A stretch of DNA of 64,000 nucleotides. Origin: the human T2T-CHM13v2.0 reference genome, Homo sapiens. Positions 11,441-25,576 of the stretch are shown here, one piece after another (the first letter of the stretch is position 1; every line of letters begins with the position of its first letter). The stretch is from NCBI RefSeq assembly GCF_009914755.1, contig NC_060933.1; one strand, written 5' to 3'. A program made the position numbers and the translations under genes. The notes beneath the pieces are model-generated. The model ran no database searches and had not been told where the DNA came from. It saw only the letters and a list, made by a program, of their open reading frames with translations.

Positions 11441-13258
11441 GAATGAATTCCCAGAAGATTCCTGGGGTTAAGGAAATGATTTGATTAAAATCTCTGGCAA
11501 AGAGTGAGTTTTGAAATCGATTATTTAACCCATGTTCTTCCCTGACTTCTCACTTTTCAGTCCACCCCTGCATGCTGTCTGTGCCTGTCTTGTTTTTCTG
11601 TCTTGGCAGCCACTCCTGTCTCCTCTCTTTCAATCTCTATTACCCTCAGTTTCCATCCTCTTTTCTGTTGCTTTCAAATAAAAGCTTTGTGGGAGAGAAA
11701 GAGGGCCTAGGGTCAGACTATACAGTGCCCCCAAGAAAAGGAAGAAAAGAATGATGGAAGAATCCCTGCTGTCTGTGTGGCTGGGGGTGGTGGGGGAAGC
11801 AATGTTGGAAGAGAGGGATGATAAATAGATAAGCCCCCACGTTGAGGAGGCTGCTGTCCAGGAGAAATCCTGCTTCAGAAGAGGAGGAAACAAATAAAGA
11901 CAAATGTCCAGGAGCTGGAAATGGGTGGAGTTGATGAGATGGGGTGTTTGTTTGCGTGTGGAAATTGTAGCTTCTCTCTCTTTTCATTCTACAAAGACAG
12001 AACTTCTCAATTTTTAAGTCACAATACATTTCCAGAAATCATTTATTTCTAAACATTACCAGTCAAATCCCCCATTCCTTTCTGCTTTTAGAATTTGAGT
12101 GAGATTGATTTGTGTTTTTAATTTTAAAGGGCAGAAAAACAGGCTGTTCAAGTGTTCCGCTGGCATGGGAATTCCGGGCATGGTCTTTGTCCTCCTCCCT
12201 TCATTCTTTCCCACTCCCTCTTTTCTGCCCCCTCATCCACACCAGGGAGGGTCCCCAGGATGCCAAGATAATAATTTTGATTTGGTTTTATTTTTATATT
12301 TATAATGCAACGTAAATTTTTTTCCAGAATTGATATTTGTAAAGACCATTTTCAAATATACACAAGTCAGAGAGGCAGCGTGGGTGGGATTTGAGAAAGA
12401 ATGTGTTGTTTTTCTCTGTTATCATTATTATTTACTAACCTTTTATTCAAGCACTGTAATGGAAGATCGACAAAACAACTCTCATCCCATAATCAATTAT
12501 AGCTGGAAGACAATAAATAGCTATTCAACGTTTCTTTCATGTTCTGGAAAAAATGGATATATTGACTGCCTTTAAAGTTGGGGCCCTTCCATAGACGCTG
12601 GGTGGGCTGTTGTAATTGGCTCTTCTAATCCCATAATCTTTATGAGCTTGGCATAGATGAACATAACAAAAATCATGATAAAAACAATAATTTACTTTGG
12701 TGTTAGCTGTTAGAGTTTGTAAAACAATGGCATAGGCATTATGAAATTGAATTATTTCAACTGCCCTGTGAGATAGTAATTATTTTCCCCATTTTGTCAA
12801 TGAGGCAACTGTGATTCAGCCAGACTGAACTTGGGCCAGCATTCCCCTCACTACATCCAAGCAGCAGCAGCCTAACGCATCCTCTTTCTGCAGATGTACA
12901 GACCAAGTCTAAATGAGGTGGCACACATTCAACGAGGGTAAGGTAGGATGGGTACAAAATGCCCACAGATGCCCCAGGAAGCAGACCAAGAGCAGGGAAG
13001 TCATTTGGAAACAGACCTTCTTTCAAGTTCTGACTTCACTCTTACTAGATCAAAAGCTGTGGACATAAGACATGACTTTTTCAAACTTTAGTTTTTTCAA
13101 CTATACAATGAGGATAAATGTGCCTGCCTTTTGAGAAGATTAAATGAGATGAAATTAAATGAAATGAAATGATGTAAAGTGTTTAGTATGGATTCCACAC
13201 ATGCTGGTTGTTATTATGCCACATACCGTCTACATGAACCATCCATTCCGAGACCTCT

Positions 13259-13579
13259 TATTTTATTTTTTTATTTTTTTATTTCTTTTTTGAGACGGAG
13301 TCTCACTTTGCCTTGTCACCCAGACTGGAGTGCAGTGGTGCAATCTCGGTTCACTGCACCCTCCACCTCCCCAGGTTCAAGCGATTCTCCTGCCTCGGCC
13401 TCCTGAGTAGCTGGGATTACAGGCACATGCCACCATGCCTGGCTAATTTTTGTATTTTCTAGTAGAGATGGGGTTTTGTCATGTTGGCCAGACTGGTCTC
13501 AAATTCCTGACCTCGGTGATCCACCCACCTTGGCCTTGCAAAGTGCTGAGATTACAGGCATGAGACACCATGCCCAGCC
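13259..13579 (-). mobile_element. Alu (AluS-like), full length
   Basis: T-rich tail, reverse Alu consensus, degenerate TSD TCCGAGACCT / TCCTAGACCT. Confidence 0.97.
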
Positions 13580-13626
13580 TCCTAGACCTTCTTTCAACCA
13601 ATATCAGACACAAGGGAGAGAGAAAC

Positions 13627-14158
13627 TGTATTATTTATCTATTGCTGCATAACAAATTATCTCAAAATGTAGCAACTTAAAACCATGATAAACTCTGCCA
13701 CCTTTCATAGTTATGTGAATCAGAATTTAAGGAGAGGCTTATGGGTGATCATGGCTCAGCATCTCTCAGGAGGTGGTAGCCAAAATGTTGGCCTGGGCCA
13801 TAGTCATCTAAGGGCTCACCTGTGGTTGGGGTATCTGTCTCCCAGGTGGCTCAACTGTCAGGTCCATGATGACTGCTGTGAATGGCCCCAGTTCCTGGTC
13901 ATCTGGATTTCTCCATAGGGCTGTTTGCTGAATTCCTTCACAGTATGGTGGCTGGCTCCTTACAAAAAGAGCCATCCAAGAGAGCAAGATGGAACCTGCA
14001 GTGTTGTTTATGGCTTATCTTAAAAGTCAAACCACCATCTTCACAACATCTTACAGGTGACATTGGTCAGCTCTACCCAGTATGGAAGTAGTCTGCACAG
14101 GGGCACACTATCAATCAAGTAGAATAACAAAGGGCAATCTTGGAAGCTGGCTGCTGCA
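13627..14158 (-). mobile_element. MLT1 LTR (MLT1F/E-like), near complete
   Basis: TGTATTATTTATCTATTGCTGCATAACAAATTA ... ATCTTGGAAGCTGGCTGCTGCA termini. Confidence 0.8.
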
Positions 14159-14510
14159 AAGCCTCCTCCTGCAAAGCCTGCAAATCCTGCTCCTACTCTA
14201 GACTCATAGTTTTTTACTAAGAATTTGTTTTGGGAATGCCTCAGTCTTTTTAGTTAAATGGTCATGATGGGGTAACATTGGCAACAGACCCTCAGAAATC
14301 AAGGTGTCCACTTCATAAAGCACTACATGGACACATCAGAAAAAGTGTGAGATGGGCAAGCGCTCCTAACTGAAGCATCAAGGACCAATGAGTCTACAGG
14401 ACCCACTGTTCTCTCAACTTCCAATGCAGCCCTTCTTCTGCTACCTTACCCTGAGGACTTGGACATTCCAGCGTATCGCAGAACCGGAATTCAGCTCCCA
14501 TTGCCCACAA

Positions 14511-14690
14511 CAGTGCTTCCCTGCCTCAGGTGGGTCCTCAGAATCATTAAGCGTGCTTGTTGAGTTTAAAAATTCCAGGGTACCTCGTGGAGAGACTTAC
14601 TCGGGAGGCTTGGGAGGAAGGCTGGGAATCTGTGTTTTGGACCATCATCTCAGATGATTCTTAATATCAAGCAAATTTGGGAAGGTACTG
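14511..14690. mobile_element. MER5-type hAT-Charlie MITE
   Basis: CAGTGCTTCC...CAGAATCA...GGGAATCTGTGTTTT...GATGATTCT...TTTGGGAAGGTACTG. Confidence 0.7.
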
Positions 14691-15388
14691 AAGAGCTAAT
14701 GGGAGGCATATAGAGCTGAGTTCCTCTCTCAGTCACACCACGTGTGCATTGAAGTTGCTCATAGCCTTTGGCCTCACAGCCATTGCTAGTCTCGCTCATC
14801 TTCCCTGGCTGGCTCTTCTACGTCTTGCCTTGCATGTCTGTGTCTATGGATGCCTAATCCTACTCCCCTCCACTGCCAGCGCCAAATTGACATCCTGCAA
14901 AAACACACAGAATGTTTGAGTGTTTTGTCTGTTTGGACAAGCAGGGGGTTCCCTGGGCATTTGGAGATAATTTCTTGGTTAAATTATATATTTTTCTCCT
15001 TTCATGTTTGAAAAAAACAAATTGGCTTCTTTACAGTTGCCTAATCTTTCCCTCCTCATTTCCTGCTGAGAAGACAAATCTTCTACTCTTTTTTTTTTTT
15101 TAAAAGTCCCCAGCACACTCATAATCAGTCAGTTTATAAACCAACGTTCCAGCCCAAAGTATTGCATGAGTAAGGGGGAAAATCCTTTGTTTAACCACAG
15201 ACTATTTCCCTAAATTTCCATTGTTTGAGAGTGACCTCTTGGATGTCACTCATTCTGCAGAAAAATTGTGTGGTTTTATTCTGGTCCACGGTTTCTATGC
15301 TTGTATATTGACGGGGTTCCTATCATGTGTTCTTTTCTAAAAAGTCAACAAGGAAAACAAGTGGGTTAAGCCCTCAACTAGTCTACTA

Positions 15389-15745
<357 letters not shown>

Positions 15746-15829
15746 TTAAAAGAACTGAACCTAAAGTAACATAAAGTGAACATATAGAAAACTCAAAGGA
15801 GGGAAAAACATTCCAAGAGACAATCACAG

Positions 15830-16080
15830 AAGGCATTGAGCATAGAAGTTTAGGGCATGAGACTCTGCCGTTAGATCACAGGATTCAAACTCCAGCTTCA
15901 CCAAACACGAGTTCTTTGATTTGGGGGAAGTCCATTAATCAATCTTTCTGGGTCTCAGTGCCATTGTCTGTGAAATGGGGATAATAAAAGTTCTCAACTT
16001 TGGGTGGTTATGAGAATTCAGTGAGTTAATATAGAGTAACTAATCAGTGTCTAGTATGTAGCATGGGCTCAAAAAATTAA
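15830..16080 (+). mobile_element. MIR SINE
   Basis: GGATTCAAACTCCAGC B-box remnant and core TCTGTGAAATGGGGATAATAA. Confidence 0.8.
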
Positions 16081-16684
16081 TTGCTTTTGAGCTGAGCTTT
16101 GAAGGATGGGTGAGACTTTGGCATGTATAGGTGGAGGTGGGCAGGGAGATTCTTCTAGACTAAGAAAATAACAGGAGAAAACCCCAAAGCGGGAGAGGAG
16201 TGATTGTCAGGCATCTATGAGAACAGAAGTGCCCTTTAGTTGAAGAAAAGGGTGAGTAAGGAGTGGAGGAAGATCAGGTGCAAGGATGTGTTGAGATCCG
16301 ATCTCCCCCCTTTTTAATGGCTTGCTTACTTCATTGATTATACTACTATTATATCATGTTAATTATAGAATGAATCCTTGTGGGGCATATATGGTGGTAA
16401 ATACAATTATTTTAACTCTTCTTAAGTTGAAGAAATGGTTACACTAAAATAATGGGAACTTACATTGCTCTGTTTCATTTTGCTCAATATTTCGTCTCCA
16501 TAATTTCTGGTAAAATAGCCTCAAGCCTGACAACAAAAACGGTCCAAGGCTATCAGGAATTGATACTTTTATGCCGGCAGCTGGGAGACATGTAACCTTC
16601 CAGAAGATTTTACAAAATTTAAAGTTGATAGTGCATTTGTCTTGTTTGAAAGACATCTAATTCTTTCTTTCCCTTTTTCTTTAG

Positions 16685-16810
16685 TTTCATAGAAATGATC
16701 CCTTCGTAACTCAGCAGCTCATATACAGTGATAAAGTATCAAGTCCATCGTTTTCCCAAATCAAGAGCAATGCATCCCACACAAATGGGCAAGAATTGCA
16801 GCTGACAGAG
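16685..16810 (+). other. Candidate 126-nt internal exon
   Basis: CTAAT branch-like motif, ~22-nt pure pyrimidine tract, TAG acceptor (16682-16684), GAG|GTAGGA donor; no transcript evidence available. Confidence 0.35.
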
Positions 16811-18486
16811 GTAGGATTTTTCAAAGATCCCTTGGCCCAGTTGGATCCTTTAAACCTCAGGAATTTCTTTCTGATGTGAAAGGCATGGAAATTTGAAAAG
16901 AGAGCTGACCTGGTGAGGACCATAGAGAATGGGGTATGTTCTTTCTGGGGAAAGGGGGGCAAGAAAAAAAAAGCTACTTGGAGAAAGGAACGTTTCTGAT
17001 AAAGATTTTTAAGGTAGATAGCTGGAGAACAAGAACTATAAACTATACTTTCATCGCCATAGGAAAACTATAGTGAAATCTTCAGAAGAAACCAAGAAAT
17101 GTTGGGCATGATTGAAATTCTGGAATGAAGATGCAGAGAACCCAAGGGCTGATTCTGCATGGATGAGAGAGCTGGTTTATATCCAGTATCACAAACAGTA
17201 ACTTCTTTGATACTTGTAACAATATTATAAGTAGAGATAAATTCTGTTATAGATGAGGAAACTGGGCATTTGAGCGTTACAGCTGGTCAATGAGAGAGCC
17301 CTGGCTCTATCCCAGAAATGTGGGATGCTAAACGTGTGCTCTAGAGGTCTGTATAATCCTGATGGTTGATGCAGGGACCTGGCCTCATTCATCTTTGTAT
17401 CCTCCATGTCCAATACAAACCCTGGCATAGAGTAGATTTTTCAGTACTTGTTTGTTGAGTGAATGTTTCAAGAGCTCCATTGTCTCCTAACTAAAGCATA
17501 TAGGTGTGTTGGTTTTATGGGAAGAAAACTGCTCAACCAGCACCAACTCTGGTTGGCAGAGTTGTGCATCGATGTGCAAGAGGATGCATGATTCTAAGGA
17601 AACCCTCCTGGGTCAGTGGAACTGTTGCAAGATGCTGGCAGTGGATTTACAAGGAATAGAGGAAGGCATGGCAATGGAGTCCAATCATTTACCTTTAAAA
17701 CTGTTTATAGACTAAAGTGTATATGTGGCCCATGTTGCCAAACCTTTTGATAAATATACTGGTCTGAAGTAGAGTAAGTCATGGCTGTACCTTCCAAGTA
17801 ACAGACTGTCCTCACAAGCTGTATACCTAATTAGACTCTGATAATCTGTATAAATTAGCATTTGCTAGTGATAAATATCACACACCAAGCCTTAAATAAT
17901 ACATTAGACTTAATTGAATAAATGCATATATTATGGCCTTATAATGCATATTTGCCATAATGAGTTATCTTCCATGCACAAACAAACAGCAATTCTGATT
18001 AATCAGGTGGGGCAATTGTGCTGTTAAAACTCCAGGTTCTGCAAGGAAGTTCTCACTGTTGGTAAGATAAAAGCAATAAAAATTCTTTCCTTGACTATGT
18101 TGGATAAATTTTCTCTTTAGGAATCTCCCTATCTTTGAACCTTCAGGATTTTGCAGTGATGTCAAGGTTTACACCCATGTCTTCACTCCCAAAATTTGGA
18201 TTTGAGCCTCAGATCTACTATTTACTAACTCTATGATCTTTGACAAATCACTCGAATTCCTGATGCCTTAAGAATCCTTTGTAAGTTCCTGTTGTCTCTA
18301 TCAGTTCAGAGGGGAACAATAATGCTCATCTTACTAATGTGGGACAATAAGTAGTGTTACATGGAAAGCAGCTAATGCAGCAGCAAGCTCATAGAAAGTG
18401 CCTGGCAAATGGAAGCTATTATCATTATGGAACATATTTTAAAATTTGCTATCCATTATCTCATTCAATCATGATAAGAAATATGT

Positions 18487-18803
18487 GGCTGGGTGTGGTG
18501 ACTTACAAGTGTAATCCCAGCAGTTTGGGAGGTTGAGGCAGGTGGATCACCTGAGGTCAGGAGTTCGAGACCAGCCTGACCAATATGATGAAATCCATCT
18601 CTACTAAGAATACAAAAATTAGCCAGGCATACTGGCATGCACCTGTAGTTCCAGCTACTCAGGAGGCTGAGGCACAAGAATTGCTTGAACCTGGGAGGCA
18701 GAGACTAAAGTGAGCCAATATTGTGCCACTGCACTCCAGTCTAGTGAGTGAGTCTACTCACCACTCCAGAGTAGTGAGACTCTGTCTGAAAAAAAAAAAA
18801 AAA
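18487..18803 (+). mobile_element. Alu (AluSx-like) with non-consensus insert near its 3' end
   Basis: Alu consensus, poly-A, TSD A(A/G)GAAATATGT. Confidence 0.96.
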
Positions 18804-18874
18804 GGAAATATGTGAAGAGAGGGCAGATGTTATTTTGCCCAATCTTTAAAATCAAAGAAAGTGCCCCTGAGATT

Positions 18875-19630
18875 AAATTATTTATTTATTTACTCAACAA
18901 ATATTTACTGATCACACAAGGCCAAGTGTAGGAGATACAGTAATGAAAAGGTCTGGGCCCTCCCTGCCTAGTTGAATTTACAGTATAGTGGGGAGGGGCA
19001 TTAAGAAATTACCAATAATTATGATATTGCCATAATGAAAGTATACACAAAACGCAGCAGCACAATCTGGGAAACAGCACCCAAGTCATTCTCTGAAAGC
19101 CAAAGAAGTTTTTGAAGAGATTATAAGAGTTGAGTGGGAATATGGACAACAAAGAGTTTGATTGTTGCTTGTAATGGGGAATATTTTCCAGGAAAAGGGA
19201 AGAGATGTGTCAGAGATCAACTGGGTACATCAGGAGTCAAGGCAAAAAATTACAAACCATTAAATGAATCTGGAGTAAAGTTTCTTACCTTGGGTGCTAT
19301 TAACATTTGGAGCCAGGTAATCATAGTTTTAGGGGTTGTCATGCAGATGGTGGGATGTTTAGCAAACATCGCTGACTTTTACTCACCAGATACTAGTGAC
19401 TGTAGCATCCTTTTCCATCCCCTCACTGTGACAATCAACAATGTCTCCATGTCTATTGCCAAGTGTTCCTGAGCAGAGTGACACAGTCTCCTGCAGTTGA
19501 GGATCATTGATCTAGAGCATTGATTACAACGGAAGGCGTCTAAAGGATGAGGCAAAAGTGAAAGCCAGATTATGGTGAGCTTCTTCTGCCATATGAAAAT
19601 AAGTTTTATTTTCCTTTTAGGTGATTGGGA
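18875..19630 (-). mobile_element. L2 fragment interrupted by MER20
   Basis: ATTTATTTACTCAACAAATATTTACTGA reverse L2 tail; L2-like sequence resumes after 19517. Confidence 0.65.
19276..19509 (-). mobile_element. MER20 hAT-Charlie element
   Basis: GGATGTTTAGCA...GTGACAATCAACAATGTCTCC...TTGCCAAGTG; 8-bp TSD ATCTGGAG/ATCTAGAG. Confidence 0.85.
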
Positions 19631-20959
19631 ACAATCTTCTTATAAACACATGGGGGAATCCTCTTATTATAACTCACATAAAATCCACATTTTCCCAATT
19701 TACCAGTCTGTGAATTCATTATGAGCGATAATTCAAGTTGTAGTATCTCCCTGCCACACCCGTTGACACAGGACTTGTCCATTTTTTCTCCTCCTGCAAA
19801 ACCTCCTCCTCTCCCATCCCCTGAAGAGTGTTGTTGTTGTTGTTGTTTTATTTAATTCCTGGAAGTTTCTTACGTATGCTCAGGGACACATTTTGCTTTG
19901 CAGCTCCCCGTGTTCCCTCAGGAACTTCTGCTGTGTTGGACAGCAGAATTTCCCACAGATGGCCAAAAAGACATTGCTAGGAAAGCTCTTACAAAGCCAT
20001 GTCCTTTCTGGTCCAGTCCTAGGAACTATAATGGAGAATATGGTCCAATCACCCAAAAGCATTTTCAGCATACATTCATCTTTACTTGCAATCCTCAAAT
20101 AACACTACAGTAATGCCATGCATAGGCCACATCCACACTCATTAAAATGTCCTACGTTTTCCTTCCAGCCTTTCTGTCACAATTCCATAAAACAAACCAC
20201 ACATACAAAAATAAATTAGCTAAAAATAAATTAGCTAAAAACTTATTCACCCGCATCTCTGTGCAGCCTTTCTTTGTGCTTCAAGGAAAACCTTCTCCAG
20301 CCAAAGTTCATGCACCTCCTGTGCTTTCTTCCTCCTTTCCTTTAGTCTCTGTGGCCTTTGCTTTATTTTCTGTTTTATGTATTATAAAAACCTAAGCAAA
20401 GCATTTGTTCCCATCCAGAAGTTGTAGCAGTCTGCATGGCCACTGTGACTAATTTAGCAATGGTGCACTGGTGGCCATCCTTGCTTCGCCAACCCCTGCC
20501 GTGACACCTCTTTTCCATGTGACACGACTTTCCTTGGAGGGTATTTCTGCTTCTCTGTCCACTGTGCACCATGGTTTCTCCGTGGTTCTAAAGTTTCCTA
20601 ACAGTGGTTGCCACTGACCTGCCAGTGCCACCGTTCATCCCTTGAGTCATCACAGAGCAAGAGATTCTCAGAAGGCTGAGGCAAAGTTGAAGGGGATATT
20701 TAACTCCTCCTCCTCCCCCATTTATGTTACAGCTTATTAGAGAGGTCCTATGGCAGTGTAGACTGTTCCTCCTTGCTTGCCTGCATTTGCTGAACTAGAG
20801 CTTTCACTGTCTGCTTGCAGCACATATACCCTTCCAGTTCACTGGCTTAGCAACAGATTCAAAGAACGGTCTTAGTACTGTACCTGAAATTATGATCCAC
20901 TCTGATGATTAGACTTTGTTCTTGGGTCACCTGACTCAGCTGTCCTTACCTTTCATTCG

Positions 20960-21252
20960 TAGGTAAATATAGACATAGACACAGATCTATAGAAAATTAT
21001 ACAGATATAGATGTAGATATAGATATAGGGAGATAGCCATCTATAAATACCGATATCTATAGATATAAATATCAATGCAGACACTGATCTGTCTATATCT
21101 ATACCTATATAGATATCTGTATCTACCTATACATATCTCTATGAATATTCATTTATTATCTCCCTATAGATATTCATTTAGTGTCTCCCTATAAAAATCT
21201 ATGTAAATATTGATATCTATCTCTATCTATACCTGTTCATATCTATCTATAC
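20960..21252. repeat. Low-complexity (TAGA/TCTA)-rich block with inverted polarity
   Basis: ATAG-rich left half and CTAT-rich right half. Confidence 0.85.
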
Positions 21253-22227
21253 ACTGCCTCTCCCACTCACATCCCGTGGTGATTCTTATGAATTAGGCTT
21301 CAGCTGGGCCACCTGCTTGCCAGACACATCCACCATGCCTGCTCTCTATTTTGGATGCAGCCTACCTGCAAACAAGTATTTCCACTGAAATCTATTCCTT
21401 TATCCTCATTTTTATGTATATATTCATTTCTCACTATCAGGTTGTATGTTTTTCCTGTAAGCCACCACAAACCTTTTGTGCAATGAGATAGGTGATGAAT
21501 AAAGCATGGATGAATCCACGCATTAGATGAGTATGTGAAGTGGATATGGAGAGCACATAAGAACCAAGAGCAGACAGAGCCCTAAGGAAAGACCTGGCTG
21601 ACCTGCCGGAAGGAAAATAGGTAATTTAGGATAAGCGATGTATAACCTCTAATCCAGTGTAAAAGTACCAAAAAGATTACAATGGTGAATGCTCATAAGA
21701 TTGTCCCCATTTGTGTGACATTCTCAGAAAATAAGATATTCTACTTAATTGACTTTTTTAGAAAACTGAAGCTTATTTCTTTCAAAAGAACATACTGGCC
21801 TTTTTAATCATGTTTACAGAATTCTTTCTAAATAGAAGATTACAAATAATCTTCTATAGAAACTGATAGATTTTGTTTTACTTTTATGTGATTGTTTGAA
21901 ATTGGCATTATAAACATCTGATCTGATACCATACCCTAATACAGTAGTGCCTTGGTGTCTTGTTTCTTAGCATTTTAAATAGCTTCTATGTATTGGGTGC
22001 TTACGTTGTGCTTGGCACTGTGTGTAATGATCTCATCCATTATCACACTGGTTTCTCATGAGACATGTCCTATTGAGGCATGCCGAGCTTTTGCCCTTTT
22101 ACTAAATAGCTTCATTTATGCTGCTTCTTAAATTCTTATGGCTGCATTTTGTGATTTTTTCTGTCTCCCTTCTTATTGTCTGGAAAGCTCTTACTCAGCT
22201 TCTAATTTTCTGCTTTTAATCTTCTAG

Positions 22228-22288
22228 GTATTAGGAATCCTGAAAACCATACTTCAGAGGATTATGTATCAAGAAAGTTGGGGTCTAG
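22228..22288 (+). other. Candidate 61-nt exon
   Basis: CTAATTTTCTGCTTTTAATCTTCTAG|G acceptor and TAG|GTGAGA donor; motif evidence only. Confidence 0.3.
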
Positions 22289-23337
22289 GTGAGAGTCTTG
22301 TGATTTGGTTGAATTAAAATTAATGCAGCACTTCCAGCCCTGCAGTCATTCAGGAGTCCCCAACTTACTACCAGTGGGAGCCAGGTTGAGAACACACAGA
22401 CCTCCCAGCCAGCTGTCTCTGTATCTACAGAGTTGAACTGGACTTAGTTTTTGTATGATATCTCTTGAATGAACAAACTTGGATATTATGGGGAAAAACT
22501 ATGTTTTGATTTTATAAATGTTGTTATTGATAGGTGACAGGGAGGTAATAACTGCTTATTAGCATTTAATGTGTCTGATCATTCAATTAATCTTGTAGAA
22601 ATTACTCTTAGACTTTCAACAACATGTAACTATAAGCACATATCATTTGTTTCAATTTAATACAGTGGCTGAAAAGGATATCTAAGAATTGTTTGTACCT
22701 CTGGGCATATCTTAGTGAGAGACTTCTCATAGCATTTGTTTAAACCTTATGAAAACTGTATTTAGTCATGGACTGACATGAATTGTTCATTGGATTCATT
22801 AGGGATTATATCTAAGAATAAGATTTATTGCATTTATAATAAAATGTGTGAATGAAGAAATAAAATGTTAATGTTTCTTAATATCTGGTAGGATCTGCTA
22901 GAATGACAGATGCTGTGGGGATATGGCTAGAAGGTAAGGATGCTGAGTTTTTGTTTGAGTCTTTTTTACAATTCTTTCTTTCTAGGTTGGTAGACACCAT
23001 GGTGAACCCAAGAGGCAGAGCTGTGAATAGATATTTTTATAGAAGCCTTGAATTTTGAAATGATAAAAATATTCACAGTAGAGTGCTATGTGGAATGCTT
23101 ACTGCATGTGACTCTATGACTTAACATTGGAGCTTGGATCATCTCTACTCATTTTGCCTTTACCCTGAAGATAATCTTCCCTCAGTAACCCATGATTTAG
23201 ACAAAAATAATGTGATCTTAGAAAGGAAGTTCAATATCCAGAATTGTGGCTCATCTCATAACTGTGGAGAGCCGACTCAGTGTGTTCTAGAAATAACAAA
23301 AGATTGGAGAGAGGGTTCAAGGATCCAGATCCAGGCC

Positions 23338-23377
23338 CTACCTCTATCACCTGGTGTCTACCTCTATCACTTGGTGT
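23338..23377. repeat. 20-bp tandem duplication
   Basis: CTACCTCTATCAC(C/T)TGGTGT twice. Confidence 0.9.
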
Positions 23378-23395
23378 CTTGCAAGTGACTTGCAG

Positions 23396-25576
<2,181 letters not shown>

